From an uncultured bacterium (GTDB taxonomy: Bacteria; Hydrothermota; Tepidihabitantia; SM23-42; JAOAFX01), in assembly GCA_964559225.1 (NCBI GenBank), contig CAZLGA010000005.1, positions 185 to 64,184 on the forward strand: a stretch of 64,000 bases of DNA, in the 5' to 3' direction. Position 1 is the first letter of the stretch. Each line of letters begins with the position of its first letter. The translations under genes were made by a program, and so were the position numbers. A model generated the notes under the pieces. The model saw only the letters and a program-made list of their open reading frames with translations. It was not told the origin of the DNA and made no database searches. Positions 40,844 through 51,500 of the stretch are shown here, piece after piece.

Positions 40844-41283
40844 AGAATCAATTCCACCTTGCCACCCGCAGAAATAATCTTTTCTGCTGCCTTCTTAGAA
40901 ATAGCGTGCGCCTTCACAAATAGTGGTTTATCAACGGTTCCTTGACTTAGAATTTTTAATTTTAAATCACCCTTAATCAAACCCTTGTTCCTCAAAAATT
41001 CAGGTGTAATTTCGGTATTATTAAGTGCAAATTTGGCTAATTGGAATAGATTTACTACTTCAAATTCTTTCTTTGTATAATTTTTGAAACCACGCTTTGG
41101 GATACGCCTTGTCAATGGCATCTGACCACCTTCAAATCCCATTTTCACCCGATATCCGGAACGTGCTTTATGACCTTTATGCCCCCTGCAAGAAGTCTTT
41201 CCATGGCCTGAACCAGGACCGCATCCCCTTCGCTTCTTTTTGTGTGTTGTTCCAATTTTAGGTCTGATCTCACTGAGTTTCAT
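40840..41283 (-). CDS. rplO: 50S ribosomal protein L15
   Basis: Gly/Arg-rich N-terminus GCGPGSGHGKTSCRGHKG. Confidence 0.9.
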   Translation of the reverse strand: MKLSEIRPKIGTTHKKKRRGCGPGSGHGKTSCRGHKGHKARSGYRVKMGFEGGQMPLTRRIPKRGFKNYTKKEFEVVNLFQLAKFALNNTEITPEFLRNKGLIKGDLKLKILSQGTVDKPLFVKAHAISKKAAEKIISAGGKVELIL

Positions 41284-41465
41284 TGGATATTCTCCTCCAC
41301 TTCAACCATGTATGAAATCTTCTCAATCATTCCCCTCACAGCCTTGTTGTCGGGCAAAACTCTTGATTGTCCAATTCTTCTCAATCCCAGTGCCCTGAGG
41401 GTCAGCTTATGTTTTTTTACCTTATCAATCGGACTCTTTTTTAATATCACTTTTATCTTTTTCAT
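41280..41465 (-). CDS. rpmD: 50S ribosomal protein L30
   Basis: MKKIKVILKKSPIDKVKKHKLTLRALGL. Confidence 0.85.
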   Translation of the reverse strand: MKKIKVILKKSPIDKVKKHKLTLRALGLRRIGQSRVLPDNKAVRGMIEKISYMVEVEENIQ

Positions 41466-41961
41466 ATCTTTTCCTTAAAAAATAATCAACTGGTTTATTT
41501 CTTAATTCCGCAACCATCTGAAGCGATCTAATAGATTTGAGTGCCTTTATTGTTGCCATTGCAAGATTAGTTGAATTCCTTGAACCAAATGCCTTGGAAA
41601 GGATATCCCTTATTCCTGCAGCCTGACAAACAGCCCTCACTGCGTTTGATGCAATAATGCCACTGCCTGGAAGGGCAGGTTTTAGTATCACCTTACTTGC
41701 TGAAAATTTACCCCAGACCGGGTGCAAAATTGTTCCGTCAACGACATCAACCTTAATCATATTCTTCTTTGCTATCTCTGTTGCTTTCTTTATTGCTGGT
41801 GCCACTTCAGCTGATTTGGCGTGTCCAATCCCGACTTTTCCCGCACCATCCCCTACAACAACACAGGCATAAAGTTTCAACCGTTTGCCACCTTTTATCA
41901 CCTTTGATACTCTCTTTAATTCAACGAGTCTTTCAATTAATTCAATACTATTCTCCTGCAT
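41425..41961 (-). CDS. rpsE: 30S ribosomal protein S5
   Basis: dsRBD and S5 C-domain. The 3' end overlaps rpmD by 41 nt because of a short K/D-rich C-terminal tail. Confidence 0.9.
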   Translation of the reverse strand: MQENSIELIERLVELKRVSKVIKGGKRLKLYACVVVGDGAGKVGIGHAKSAEVAPAIKKATEIAKKNMIKVDVVDGTILHPVWGKFSASKVILKPALPGSGIIASNAVRAVCQAAGIRDILSKAFGSRNSTNLAMATIKALKSIRSLQMVAELRNKPVDYFLRKRYEKDKSDIKKESD

Positions 41962-41973
41962 TTAATATTCCCC

Positions 41974-42315
41974 CTAAAACTTTAATCCAGCCTGCCTTGC
42001 GCCTTCAGCAAGGGCCTTGATTCGACCATGATATCTATAACCTCCACGGTCAAAACACACAAACTCAATTCCCTTTGACCTTGCAATCTCTCCGATTTTT
42101 TTACCTATTTCAAAGGCAATCTCGGTCTTTTTCTTCCCCTTAAATTCTTCAGAGACAGATGATACACCACATAAAACAATACCCATTGTATCATCAATTA
42201 ACTGAGCGGATATGTGTCTATTGCTTCTGAAAACACAGAGCCTTGGCCTGTTTTGAGAACCTACGACCTTCTTTCTTATTCTTTTATGCCTTCTTAATCT
42301 GCCTGTTAATTTCAT
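41974..42315 (-). CDS. rplR: 50S ribosomal protein L18
   Basis: Typical L18. 113 aa. Confidence 0.9.
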   Translation of the reverse strand: MKLTGRLRRHKRIRKKVVGSQNRPRLCVFRSNRHISAQLIDDTMGIVLCGVSSVSEEFKGKKKTEIAFEIGKKIGEIARSKGIEFVCFDRGGYRYHGRIKALAEGARQAGLKF

Positions 42316-42328
42316 ATCTATTCACCTG

Positions 42329-42901
42329 TTATGCAGTCTGACCAACTGCTCGTTTACCCACCTTCTTACGCAATACTTCATCTGCATATCTTATCCCTTT
42401 ATGTTTATATGGGTCTGGTGGGCGAATTCTTTTTATCTTTGCTGCAAAATCACCAAGTAATTGCTTATCAATACTCTTGAGTGTAATATAAGTGAGGTCC
42501 CCTTTGTCCGCGCTTTTAACCGTCTGTATTTCACACTTTATCTCTGGCGGAAGTTGAACAGTCACTGGTTTTGTAAAACCTAAAAATAGCTGGATGCCAC
42601 CGCTTGTAAGCTGGGCACGATAGCCAGTGCCTTGGATAATGAGCGTCTTTGAATACCCCTCGGTTACGCCTTTTATAATATTAAGAATGAGTGTCCGCGT
42701 TGTTCCCTGGATACCCTGGGCTAATTTTGATTCATCTTTAGCTATAACCCTTATCGACCTGTCCTTCAACTCAATCTGAACATGATTTGAAGCAGTCATC
42801 TTCATTTCGCCAAGGGGTCCCTTAACCTTTAGTTCCTGTCCATTGACTTCTAAATACACTTTATCAGGAATTACTATTGGTTTGGTTCTCAATTTTGCCA
42901 T
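42329..42901 (-). CDS. rplF: 50S ribosomal protein L6
   Basis: Typical L6. 190 aa. Confidence 0.9.
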   Translation of the reverse strand: MAKLRTKPIVIPDKVYLEVNGQELKVKGPLGEMKMTASNHVQIELKDRSIRVIAKDESKLAQGIQGTTRTLILNIIKGVTEGYSKTLIIQGTGYRAQLTSGGIQLFLGFTKPVTVQLPPEIKCEIQTVKSADKGDLTYITLKSIDKQLLGDFAAKIKRIRPPDPYKHKGIRYADEVLRKKVGKRAVGQTA

Positions 42902-42916
42902 AATCTACCCTTTTTA

Positions 42917-43309
42917 TTAATAAACATAACCTATGACTTCACCACCGACTTTTTTACGTCTCGCCTCACGGTCAGTCATCACACCCCTTGAAGTAGTCAA
43001 AATCGCAATGCCTAATCCGTTTAAAACCGAAGGAATCTCGTCTTTTGAAACATATACCCGTCGGGAGCAACGGGATACCCTCTGGATATCGCGAATAACA
43101 GAATCACCTTCTTTTGAATACTTCAACATTACTGTTATCTTACGCGGCTTCCGTTCTGAATCAACCGTAAAATTATTAATAAACCCTTCTTCAAGTAATA
43201 TCCTCAAGATCTCCACGTGCAATTTTGAATACGGGACAACAACTTCTGTCTTACTGACACGACAACCATTCCTAATAATAGAAAACATATTAGCAATTGG
43301 GTCAACCAC
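42917..43309 (-). CDS. rpsH: 30S ribosomal protein S8
   Basis: MVDPIANMFSIIRNG. Confidence 0.9.
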   Translation of the reverse strand: MVDPIANMFSIIRNGCRVSKTEVVVPYSKLHVEILRILLEEGFINNFTVDSERKPRKITVMLKYSKEGDSVIRDIQRVSRCSRRVYVSKDEIPSVLNGLGIAILTTSRGVMTDREARRKKVGGEVIGYVY

Positions 43310-43378
43310 CGATGCCTCCTAATACTAAATAATTTTCAAGTATGTTGCTATAAATAATATTCGTAAACATAGACTTAT

Positions 43379-43406
43379 AGTATAATCATTTTTTTAAAAA
43401 AGTCAA
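43379..43406 (-). promoter_or_regulatory. minus-strand promoter TTGACT-16-TATACT starting the rpsH...rplQ operon
   Basis: Reverse complement of 43401-43406 (AGTCAA) and 43379-43384 (AGTATA). No S14, L5 or L24 genes lie upstream. Confidence 0.5.
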
Positions 43407-43426
43407 GATACTAAATGCATTAATTT

Positions 43427-43639
43427 CTATTTACGAAAAATCAGATTGAAAATAATGGTTAAAATTATTGATAAAACAATACTTGACACAACTGGGAAAT
43501 AGAAAATAAAATTGTCTTTTTTTATAACAATATCTCCGGGCAATCTGAAAATTGAAACCTTTGGAAAAATTAAAAACAAAAAGCCTGTAAAAATAAAAAT
43601 AATGCCCAAAAATATAAGAGCCTTTCCAATATTGAACAT
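43427..43639 (-). CDS. DUF2905 family small membrane protein
   Basis: 70 aa, two TM segments and the RLPGDIVIKKDNFIFYFP motif. Confidence 0.5.
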   Translation of the reverse strand: MFNIGKALIFLGIIFIFTGFLFLIFPKVSIFRLPGDIVIKKDNFIFYFPVVSSIVLSIILTIIFNLIFRK

Positions 43640-43647
43640 TTAAATTT

Positions 43648-43911
43648 TTATTCGTCTTTTTTGTGGGTTATGGCTGGCTTTTCTTCGGGTTTTTTCAATT
43701 CAGATTTTTTCTCTTCCTTAGGCAGGCTCACTTTTTTATAATCAGTGATATAAAACCCACTCCCCTTGAAAATCAAACCTGCACCACCTGAAATCAACCT
43801 TCTCACACTCCCATCACATTTTGGACATTTTTCAATCTTTGGTTCATTAATACCCTGAAACACTTCAAACATATATCTGCATTGATTACATTCGTATTCG
43901 TAGGTAGGCAT
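43648..43911 (-). CDS. FmdB family zinc-ribbon protein
   Basis: MPTYEYECNQC...CPKCDGSVRR. Confidence 0.65.
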   Translation of the reverse strand: MPTYEYECNQCRYMFEVFQGINEPKIEKCPKCDGSVRRLISGGAGLIFKGSGFYITDYKKVSLPKEEKKSELKKPEEKPAITHKKDE

Positions 43912-43929
43912 AAGATTGGATGGTCATCA

Positions 43930-43971
43930 GGTTGGGGTTGAAAAGATAGTTCAAACTTTTCAACCCCAACC
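43930..43971. other. perfect 16-bp stem-loop (GGTTGGGGTTGAAAAG / CTTTTCAACCCCAACC, 10-nt loop) between the groEL 3' end and the fmdB-like gene
   Basis: Read directly from the sequence. No U-tract follows it on the minus strand. Confidence 0.6.
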
Positions 43972-43984
43972 ATCATACTATCTA

Positions 43985-45610
<1,626 letters not shown>

Positions 45611-45624
45611 TCACGCTCCTTTCT

Positions 45625-45912
45625 TTACTTTTGAATAATGCCTAATACATCATCTTCACGGATTATCAAATACTCCTTATCCTCAATCTTCACCTCAGAG
45701 CCCGCATATTTACCGAAGAGTATGATATCACCCTTCTTAACATCCAGAGGAATGCGATTACCTTTTTCATCTCTACGGCCCTCACCGACTTCAATCACCC
45801 TCCCCTGCTGGGGTTTTTCTTTAGCCGTATCAGGTATTATTATGCCACCCTTTTTAACTTCTTCTTCAACCCTTTCTACAAGGATATGGTCATGGAGTGG
45901 TTTTATTGTCAT
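45625..45912 (-). CDS. groS: co-chaperonin GroES
   Basis: [14 protein letters not shown]. Confidence 0.95.
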   Translation of the reverse strand: MTIKPLHDHILVERVEEEVKKGGIIIPDTAKEKPQQGRVIEVGEGRRDEKGNRIPLDVKKGDIILFGKYAGSEVKIEDKEYLIIREDDVLGIIQK

Positions 45913-45984
45913 AAGCGTACCTCCTTTCTTTGCAATTATATATAATTATAAAAAATCCTCTATTATTAACTTAAAACACTAATC

Positions 45985-46058
45985 TGGGCGAAACCCGATT
46001 TGAACGGGTGACCTTCTGCTTGTAAGGCAGACGCTCTCACCATCTGAGCTATTCGCCC
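45985..46058 (-). tRNA. tRNA-Val (anticodon TAC)
   Basis: Reverse complement GGGCGAATAGCTCAGATGGTGAGAGCG-TCTGC-CTTACAA-GCAGA...GGTTCAAATCC..TTCGCCCA forms a cloverleaf with a 7-bp acceptor stem. Confidence 0.85.
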
Positions 46059-46071
46059 TTTAGACTTACTA

Positions 46072-46115
46072 TTATAATCAAAAGTTTATTTTTGTCAATG
46101 TGCCGATTTAAATCA
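46072..46115 (-). promoter_or_regulatory. minus-strand promoter TTGACA-16-TATAAT for tRNA-Val with upstream palindromic box GATTTAAATC
   Basis: -10 is the reverse complement of 46072-46077, -35 the reverse complement of 46094-46099, and the palindrome lies at 46106-46115, 6 nt upstream of the -35. Confidence 0.6.
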
Positions 46116-46407
46116 AAAATAATCTTATCCGCCACACTGTTTGGTGGATTATTTAATCAGAACACAATCGGGTGTTAAATTCGCCTTATGTTTCGGAAGC
46201 GAAGAAGCAAGAATTGCGTGAACGCAAAGTATCTCTTTCTTATCTTAAACTCTTACCCAAAATTCTCAAGTTACAAAAGAAACTTGACAGAACCTATCAA
46301 AATAAATACAATCCGAAGCTATAGTAAAGATAAGTTGAACAAATCTTTCTACTGCGATTTATTGAGATTGTTAACTTGGGCAAATTTTATTTTGATAAAA
46401 GATGTGT

Positions 46408-46436
46408 TTGACTTTTTTTAAAATTTTGAGTATAAT
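46408..46436 (+). promoter_or_regulatory. sigma70-like promoter TTGACT-17-TATAAT driving a candidate sRNA
   Basis: TTGACT 46408-46413 and TATAAT 46431-46436, with the TSS at about 46443. Confidence 0.55.
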
Positions 46437-46441
46437 ATAAT

Positions 46442-46540
46442 GGCTCTGTTAGAACCGCTGTATCCTATTAAAAAAAACCCGTACTCCCTCCTACGGGCTA
46501 AAGATACAGCCGGGAATTCTAATGGAGCCACATATTTTTA
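46442..46540 (+). ncRNA. candidate ~90-100 nt structured sRNA: long imperfect hairpin (13-bp basal stem with two G.U pairs, 8-bp stem, 6-bp apical stem, loop CUCCCUCC) followed by a U-rich tract
   Basis: Pairings 46442-46454/46518-46530, 46457-46464/46504-46511 and 46478-46483/46492-46497. The wobble pairs are only valid on the plus-strand transcript. U-run at 46535-46540. Confidence 0.45.
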
Positions 46541-46649
46541 AACACCAAATTCCCAAATCACTTTTTCACCCAACATCAAAAACCGTATCTCGTTATGCAA
46601 TTTCGGTTGACATTTAGGCATTTTGTCTTTTTTTTTTTTTACATTGTAT

Positions 46650-46677
46650 TGACAAACCTTAAATGTTGAATATAATA
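46650..46677 (+). promoter_or_regulatory. promoter TTGACA-16-TATAAT upstream of tRNA-Met, preceded by a T14 tract
   Basis: TTGACA 46650-46655 and TATAAT 46672-46677. Confidence 0.55.
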
Positions 46678-46709
46678 TTCGTGGTTAATAAAACGGTGAA
46701 ATTAAGGGG

Positions 46710-46783
46710 GCCCGTAGCTCAGGTGGTTAGAGCAGCTGACTCATAATCAGCGGGTCGTGGGTTCAAGTCCTACCGGGCCCATT
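46710..46783 (+). tRNA. tRNA-Met (anticodon CAT; elongator Met or Ile2/lysidine type)
   Basis: GGGCCCGTAGCTCAGGTGGTTAGAGCA-GCTGA-CTCATAA-TCAGC-GGGTC-GTGGGTTCAAGTCCTAC-CGGGCCCA cloverleaf. Confidence 0.85.
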
Positions 46784-46788
46784 TTTAA

Positions 46789-47190
46789 TTGATAATGAAA
46801 TGGAAAATACATCCAGCAAAAGAAAATATGACAAAGACAGTCCTGAGTGCCTTATTTATAGTTGTTTTTATCATCTTCATTGCCTTTTCCTATAATCCAT
46901 ACTGGGCATTGCTCGGTCTAATCTTTCTCGTTGCTTCGCTACATTCTTATTATTTCCCCACGACATATGAGTTCACTGAAGAAGAAATAATCATAAAGAC
47001 AATCTTCTCCACCCATAAAAGAAAACTCAAGGAATTCAAAAAGATTTATATAGGAAAAAATGGCGTCCTTTTAAGTCCTTTTAGGTATAAAACATTTTTA
47101 AATAATTTTCGTGGGGTATTCCTTTTATTGCCCAAGGAACGCGATGAAATAATAGATTTTATCAAAAACAAACTTAATGAAGAGAATTGA
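46789..47190 (+). CDS. hypothetical membrane protein (two TM helices, bPH/YdbT-like C-terminal region)
   Basis: Hydrophobic segments at residues ~17-60 and a charged C-terminal half. Confidence 0.35.
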   Translation: MIMKWKIHPAKENMTKTVLSALFIVVFIIFIAFSYNPYWALLGLIFLVASLHSYYFPTTYEFTEEEIIIKTIFSTHKRKLKEFKKIYIGKNGVLLSPFRYKTFLNNFRGVFLLLPKERDEIIDFIKNKLNEEN

Positions 47191-48673
47191 CGATATTTTG
47201 CCCCAGAAATATGCAAATGATTTCAATATTCCTGTGGAGCTTGCCTGTATAATCAGCAAAAGATTTCCTGATTATGACGAAGCAAGAAGATTTTTGTTCC
47301 CAAAAATAGAACAGTTAAACAATCCCTTAGAATTACCCGATATAGAAAAGGCAATTGAAATATTAATAGAGGGGATAAAAAATAATGAAGATATTCTTAT
47401 CTATGCCCACGATGACCCGGATGGATATACATCTGCAACAATCTTATATCAAACACTTGTAGACATAAGACGCAAAGGAAAACCTGAGATATTTATATAT
47501 CCCATCAATCGTGAAAAAGATGGGTATGTTTTAAATCCGCTTGTGCTAAAAGAATATGTTGGCAAAGGTGTGAAAATTCTTGTTAGTGTAGATTTTGGCA
47601 TAAGCAATCCCCAAAATTTTGAAATCGCCCGGGAAATGGGACTGAAATTAATAATATGTGACCACCACGAAACTGAAATGAATGAATTTCCGGTGCCTGC
47701 CGTGGACCCGAAGCGGAAAGATTCAAAATATCCATTCCGTGAACTCGCGGGTGTTGGTGTTACCCTTAAATTGTGTCAGGCGATTTATAAGACTGCATTT
47801 GGGATCAATGACAGTAATTTTTTCAAACTGAAAAAAGAATTCATTGCCATAGCAATGATTGGAACGCTTGCGGACAGGGTGCTACCTCTTGATGAGAATC
47901 GTATTCTTTGTTATGAGGGTATAAAGACATTGAGGGAAATAGAAAAACCCTGGGCACGGTATTTTTTGATTGATAATACAATTACCATCCCCCAGATTTT
48001 TAATACAATAATCCCATTATTACAATCCGCAGCACTGGAAGATTCACGCCTGGGCGTTGGTTTTTTTATTGCCCCTGACTTTTCAAAAATCGTTGAAAAA
48101 CTAAAATCAATAGAAAATGCACGAAAAGAAAACATTGAATATTTATTCCAGATTGCTTTAAATGTTGCGAAAGTTTATCCAAATGTAGTGATATCTATAA
48201 TCCCTTACGAAATTATAAATGAAACACAAAAAACAAAGATAAATAACCTTGGTGCTGTGGTTTCAAAATTGCGGGACTATTTCCATAAGACTGCAGTGGC
48301 AATGATAACAAAAGAAGAGAAATGTTATGCAGAATTAAGGTCTCACGATATCAATCTTTTTGAATTCCTTAATAAATCAAAGGAGCTCTTTATTGATTTT
48401 GGTGGCCACAAACGGGCCGCAGGCTTTTCTATGTTAGAAAAAAATCTTGATAAATTTATTGATTATGCTACAAAAATTCTGCCTGAACCCGAAATAGAAA
48501 AAAGAAAAAAGATAGAACCTGAGGCAAATATTGATAAATCAAAAATTAAACTCCTTGAACCCTTATTACCATTTGGGGAAGGGAACCCCTCCCCACTATT
48601 GACTGATGGCATTGATTTATATACAATAGATAACAGGATGAATATTATTGAGCTCGGGTTATGTCAAACTTAA
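47177..48673 (+). CDS. RecJ-like DHH/DHHA1 family phosphoesterase
   Basis: RecJ-type N-terminus (PVELACIISKRF...LNNPLELPDIEKAIEIL), DHH motifs IYAHDDPDGYTSA, VDFGIS and ICDHH, and DHHA1 GGHKRAAGF. No OB-fold tail. 498 aa. Confidence 0.7.
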   Translation: MKRIDDILPQKYANDFNIPVELACIISKRFPDYDEARRFLFPKIEQLNNPLELPDIEKAIEILIEGIKNNEDILIYAHDDPDGYTSATILYQTLVDIRRKGKPEIFIYPINREKDGYVLNPLVLKEYVGKGVKILVSVDFGISNPQNFEIAREMGLKLIICDHHETEMNEFPVPAVDPKRKDSKYPFRELAGVGVTLKLCQAIYKTAFGINDSNFFKLKKEFIAIAMIGTLADRVLPLDENRILCYEGIKTLREIEKPWARYFLIDNTITIPQIFNTIIPLLQSAALEDSRLGVGFFIAPDFSKIVEKLKSIENARKENIEYLFQIALNVAKVYPNVVISIIPYEIINETQKTKINNLGAVVSKLRDYFHKTAVAMITKEEKCYAELRSHDINLFEFLNKSKELFIDFGGHKRAAGFSMLEKNLDKFIDYATKILPEPEIEKRKKIEPEANIDKSKIKLLEPLLPFGEGNPSPLLTDGIDLYTIDNRMNIIELGLCQT

Positions 48674-49257
48674 ACTATAACTTAAAAGAGTTGAATTTGA
48701 AAATAGTCTATTACGGGACTGGTTTATGCGGTAAGACAACAAATCTTCGTTCAATATACGCAGCATTCCCCCAGGAAAGAAAAGGGAAAATGATGAGCCT
48801 TGCCACCGAGCTTGACCAAACGCTGTTCTTTGACCTCTTGCCCCTTGATATGGGCAGTGTAAAGGGATGGAAAATCAGATTTCATTTATTTACTGTACCT
48901 GGGCAGGTATATTATAATGTTTCAAGGAAACTCGTCTTAAGAGGTGTTGATGGGCTTGTTTTTGTTGTTGATTCCCAGGAAGAAAGATTGGAAGAGAATA
49001 TTGAAAGTTTCAATAACCTTAAAGATAATTTACAATCTTATGGCTTGGAGTTAAAGGATATCCCTATGGTAATTCAGTACAACAAAAGGGACCTACCCAA
49101 CATAATGCCCATTGGTGACCTTCAGATGTATATCAATAGAGATGGTTATACCTATTTTGAAGCGGTCGCCCTGAGGGGCATTGGTGTGTTTGATACCCTG
49201 AAATCAATCTGTCAAAAGACGATTCTAAAACAGATTGATAATATCCCGAAAGTATAG
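48661..49257 (+). CDS. mglA: MglA-like Ras-superfamily small GTPase
   Basis: N-terminus MS.LNY...L..KIVYYGTGLCGKTTNL closely resembles MglA. The TVPGQ switch II and NKRD motifs are present. The ATG overlaps the upstream gene by 13 nt. Confidence 0.7.
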   Translation: MSNLNYNLKELNLKIVYYGTGLCGKTTNLRSIYAAFPQERKGKMMSLATELDQTLFFDLLPLDMGSVKGWKIRFHLFTVPGQVYYNVSRKLVLRGVDGLVFVVDSQEERLEENIESFNNLKDNLQSYGLELKDIPMVIQYNKRDLPNIMPIGDLQMYINRDGYTYFEAVALRGIGVFDTLKSICQKTILKQIDNIPKV

Positions 49258-49281
49258 CTGAATTAAATCCCTATATTATTC

Positions 49282-49309
49282 TTGACTTTTATGGAATTTT
49301 CAATAGAAT
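49282..49309 (+). promoter_or_regulatory. promoter TTGACT-16-TAGAAT positioned so the TSS falls at about the ribBA ATG (leaderless)
   Basis: TTGACT 49282-49287 and TAGAAT 49304-49309. The ATG at 49316 has no RBS. Confidence 0.45.
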
Positions 49310-49315
49310 ATTTGT

Positions 49316-50548
49316 ATGCTTAATACAATTGAAGAAGCGATCAGAGAGGTAAAGAAGGGTAAACCTGTTATCGTTGTTGACGATGAGGATCGCGAGAATG
49401 AAGGGGATTTTATCGCTGCGGCAGAGAAGATTACTCCGAAACTTGTAAATTTTATGGCTAAGTACGGACGCGGTCTTATTTGTGTCGCCCTTCCTGCCGA
49501 ACGACTTGAACAACTTGATATACCAATAATGGTAAATAACAATACCGCAAAATTTCAGACCCCCTTTACTGTGAGCGTTGATTATAAAATAGGAACAACA
49601 ACAGGAATATCTGCCTTTGACCGTGCAAAAACGATTAAGGCACTCATAAACAAAGATACAAAACCCGAAGACCTTGCCCGTCCTGGACATATATTCCCAT
49701 TAAGGGCAATGGATGGTGGGGTATTAAGGCGTGCAGGGCATACCGAAGCAAGCATAGACCTATCCCGGCTTGCTGGACTTTATCCGGGTGGTGTTTTATG
49801 TGAAATAATGGACAGCGACGGTAGAATGGCAAAACTACCCAAATTGAAAAAACTTGCGAAAAGGTTTAATCTTGTCATAATAACAATAAAAGACCTGATT
49901 GAATATCGCCGGAGAAGAGAAAAACTTATAGAAAAGATTCTTGAAACAAAATTTCCAACCAAATATGGGAACTTCAGGCTTTTGTTATATGAAGACAAAA
50001 TAAACTATGAACATCACATCGCCCTTGTAATGGGTAATGTCGCCGGGAAAAAAGAAGTCCTTGTAAGGGTTCATTCCCAGTGTCTAACCGGTGATGTATT
50101 TCATTCTTTAAGATGCGATTGTGGAGAACAGCTTGAGAAGGCACTCCAGATGATTGCGCGAAATAAATTGGGAGTATTTCTTTATATTAGGCAGGAAGGA
50201 AGAGGTATTGGACTGGTGAATAAATTAAGGGCGTATAATCTCCAGGACCAAGGTCTGGATACTGTGCAGGCAAATATCAAGCTCGGTTTTCCACCGGATT
50301 TGAGAGATTACGGAATTGGTGCCCAAATCCTTGCAGACCTCGGACTCTCTACGGTCAAGCTTTTAACCAATAACCCCAAAAAGATAATAGGGCTTGAGGG
50401 TTATGGCTTAAAAGTGATAGAACAAATTCCGATATTTGCACCGAACAAATGTAATATAAACTATTTGAAGACAAAAAGAAAAAAACTTGGGCATTTAATA
50501 CCAGATGCTGTAATAAATGAACCCAGTCTTAAAGGAGGCAGTATATGA
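49316..50548 (+). CDS. ribBA: bifunctional 3,4-dihydroxy-2-butanone-4-phosphate synthase / GTP cyclohydrolase II
   Basis: DHBP synthase motifs RENEGDF and HTEAS. The GCHII zinc site is [15 protein letters not shown]. Confidence 0.95.
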   Translation: MLNTIEEAIREVKKGKPVIVVDDEDRENEGDFIAAAEKITPKLVNFMAKYGRGLICVALPAERLEQLDIPIMVNNNTAKFQTPFTVSVDYKIGTTTGISAFDRAKTIKALINKDTKPEDLARPGHIFPLRAMDGGVLRRAGHTEASIDLSRLAGLYPGGVLCEIMDSDGRMAKLPKLKKLAKRFNLVIITIKDLIEYRRRREKLIEKILETKFPTKYGNFRLLLYEDKINYEHHIALVMGNVAGKKEVLVRVHSQCLTGDVFHSLRCDCGEQLEKALQMIARNKLGVFLYIRQEGRGIGLVNKLRAYNLQDQGLDTVQANIKLGFPPDLRDYGIGAQILADLGLSTVKLLTNNPKKIIGLEGYGLKVIEQIPIFAPNKCNINYLKTKRKKLGHLIPDAVINEPSLKGGSI

Positions 50549-51012
50549 AGGAAATAAAGGGGAATCTCATTGGTACAGGTAAGAAATTCGCCATTGTCGT
50601 ATCCCGGTTTAATGAGTTCATCGCGCAAAAACTTCTTGATGGTGCAATTGACTGCCTGTTGCGACACAATGTCAGTGAAAAAGATATAATTATTTACTGG
50701 GTGCCTGGAAGTTTTGAAATTCCAGGATTAGTAAGGAGATTGGTTAACAAAAAGATTGATTGTATATTATGCCTTGGTGCAATCATAAGGGGTGATACAC
50801 CCCATTTTGATTACATCGCCAGTGAAGTTACCAAAGGCATAGCGCAGCTAAATCTTGAACCTGGACCCCCAGTAGTGTATGGCATAATTACTGCTGATTC
50901 AACAGACCAAGCGATTGAACGAGCAGGAACGAAGATGGGAAATAAAGGATGGGATGCGGCGTTGACTGGTCTTGAACTTGTTGACCTATATTCACAATTA
51001 AAATCTTTATAA
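50545..51012 (+). CDS. ribH: 6,7-dimethyl-8-ribityllumazine synthase
   Basis: [12 protein letters not shown] and WVPGSFEIP. Confidence 0.95.
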   Translation: MKEIKGNLIGTGKKFAIVVSRFNEFIAQKLLDGAIDCLLRHNVSEKDIIIYWVPGSFEIPGLVRRLVNKKIDCILCLGAIIRGDTPHFDYIASEVTKGIAQLNLEPGPPVVYGIITADSTDQAIERAGTKMGNKGWDAALTGLELVDLYSQLKSL

Positions 51013-51068
51013 TGGTTCGTCAAATAACGGACAAACAGTTTTTATGAAATTTAACCATTTAACCAGAT

Positions 51069-51500
51069 ATGGGTCGCCGTCTTGCTCGTGAACTCGCACT
51101 CAAAATTCTTTATGCTCATGAAAGTGGAAGAAACGAGACACAAAAGGTAATAAATGAAATCTTTAGTAAAAAAAAATATCATACTTCAGACAAAAACTTT
51201 GCGTTAGCACTGACAATGCTTACTATAGAAAACACAACTAAAATAGATGATTACATAAAAGGCGCTTTGCAGAACTGGGAATTTGAAAGAATTGGGACGA
51301 TTGATAAATTAATCCTGAGAATGGGAATCTGTGAATTTCTTTTCTTTGATGATATCCCTTTTGAGGTATCAATAAATGAAGCGATTGAACTTGCCAAAAA
51401 GTTTGGCACAGAGGAATCAAATAAATTTATAAATGGCATTCTTGACGCCATTGTGAAAAAAGTAAAGATTAACAAAAATGAAAGCAGCGATAATAAGTGA
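51069..51500 (+). CDS. nusB: transcription antitermination factor NusB
   Basis: GRRLARELALKILYAHE. Confidence 0.9.
   Translation: MGRRLARELALKILYAHESGRNETQKVINEIFSKKKYHTSDKNFALALTMLTIENTTKIDDYIKGALQNWEFERIGTIDKLILRMGICEFLFFDDIPFEVSINEAIELAKKFGTEESNKFINGILDAIVKKVKINKNESSDNK

Noticed and set aside
45913-45984. CIRCE/HrcA operator upstream of groES, and likewise upstream of grpE at 52207-52271
   Set aside because: Searched for TTAGCACTC-N9-GAGTGCTAA. Only a weak half-site-like ATTAGTGTTT is present and there is no inverted partner.
46188-46421. 77-aa ORF in the tRNA island
   Set aside because: The region is AT-rich intergenic and carries the tRNA-Val promoter on the opposite strand and the sRNA promoter. 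The ORF has no RBS, a low-complexity composition and no homology signal.
46442-46540. Assigning the hairpin RNA to bacterial SRP (4.5S) RNA or 6S RNA
   Set aside because: The 5' GGCUCUGUU resembles 4.5S RNA. However, the apical loop is CUCCCUCC rather than a GNRA tetraloop, and the conserved domain IV AGGA.../GCAG motifs are absent. At about 90 nt it is also too short for 6S. It is kept only as an unclassified sRNA candidate.
49258-49315. FMN riboswitch upstream of ribBA, and T-box leaders upstream of valS and hisS
   Set aside because: The intergenic spaces are only about 60-100 bp and are occupied by the promoter, which sits directly against the start codon. There is no room for a ~140-250 nt leader.
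49289-49690. 133-aa minus-strand ORF
   Set aside because: It is entirely antisense to the well-conserved ribBA gene and its composition is junk.
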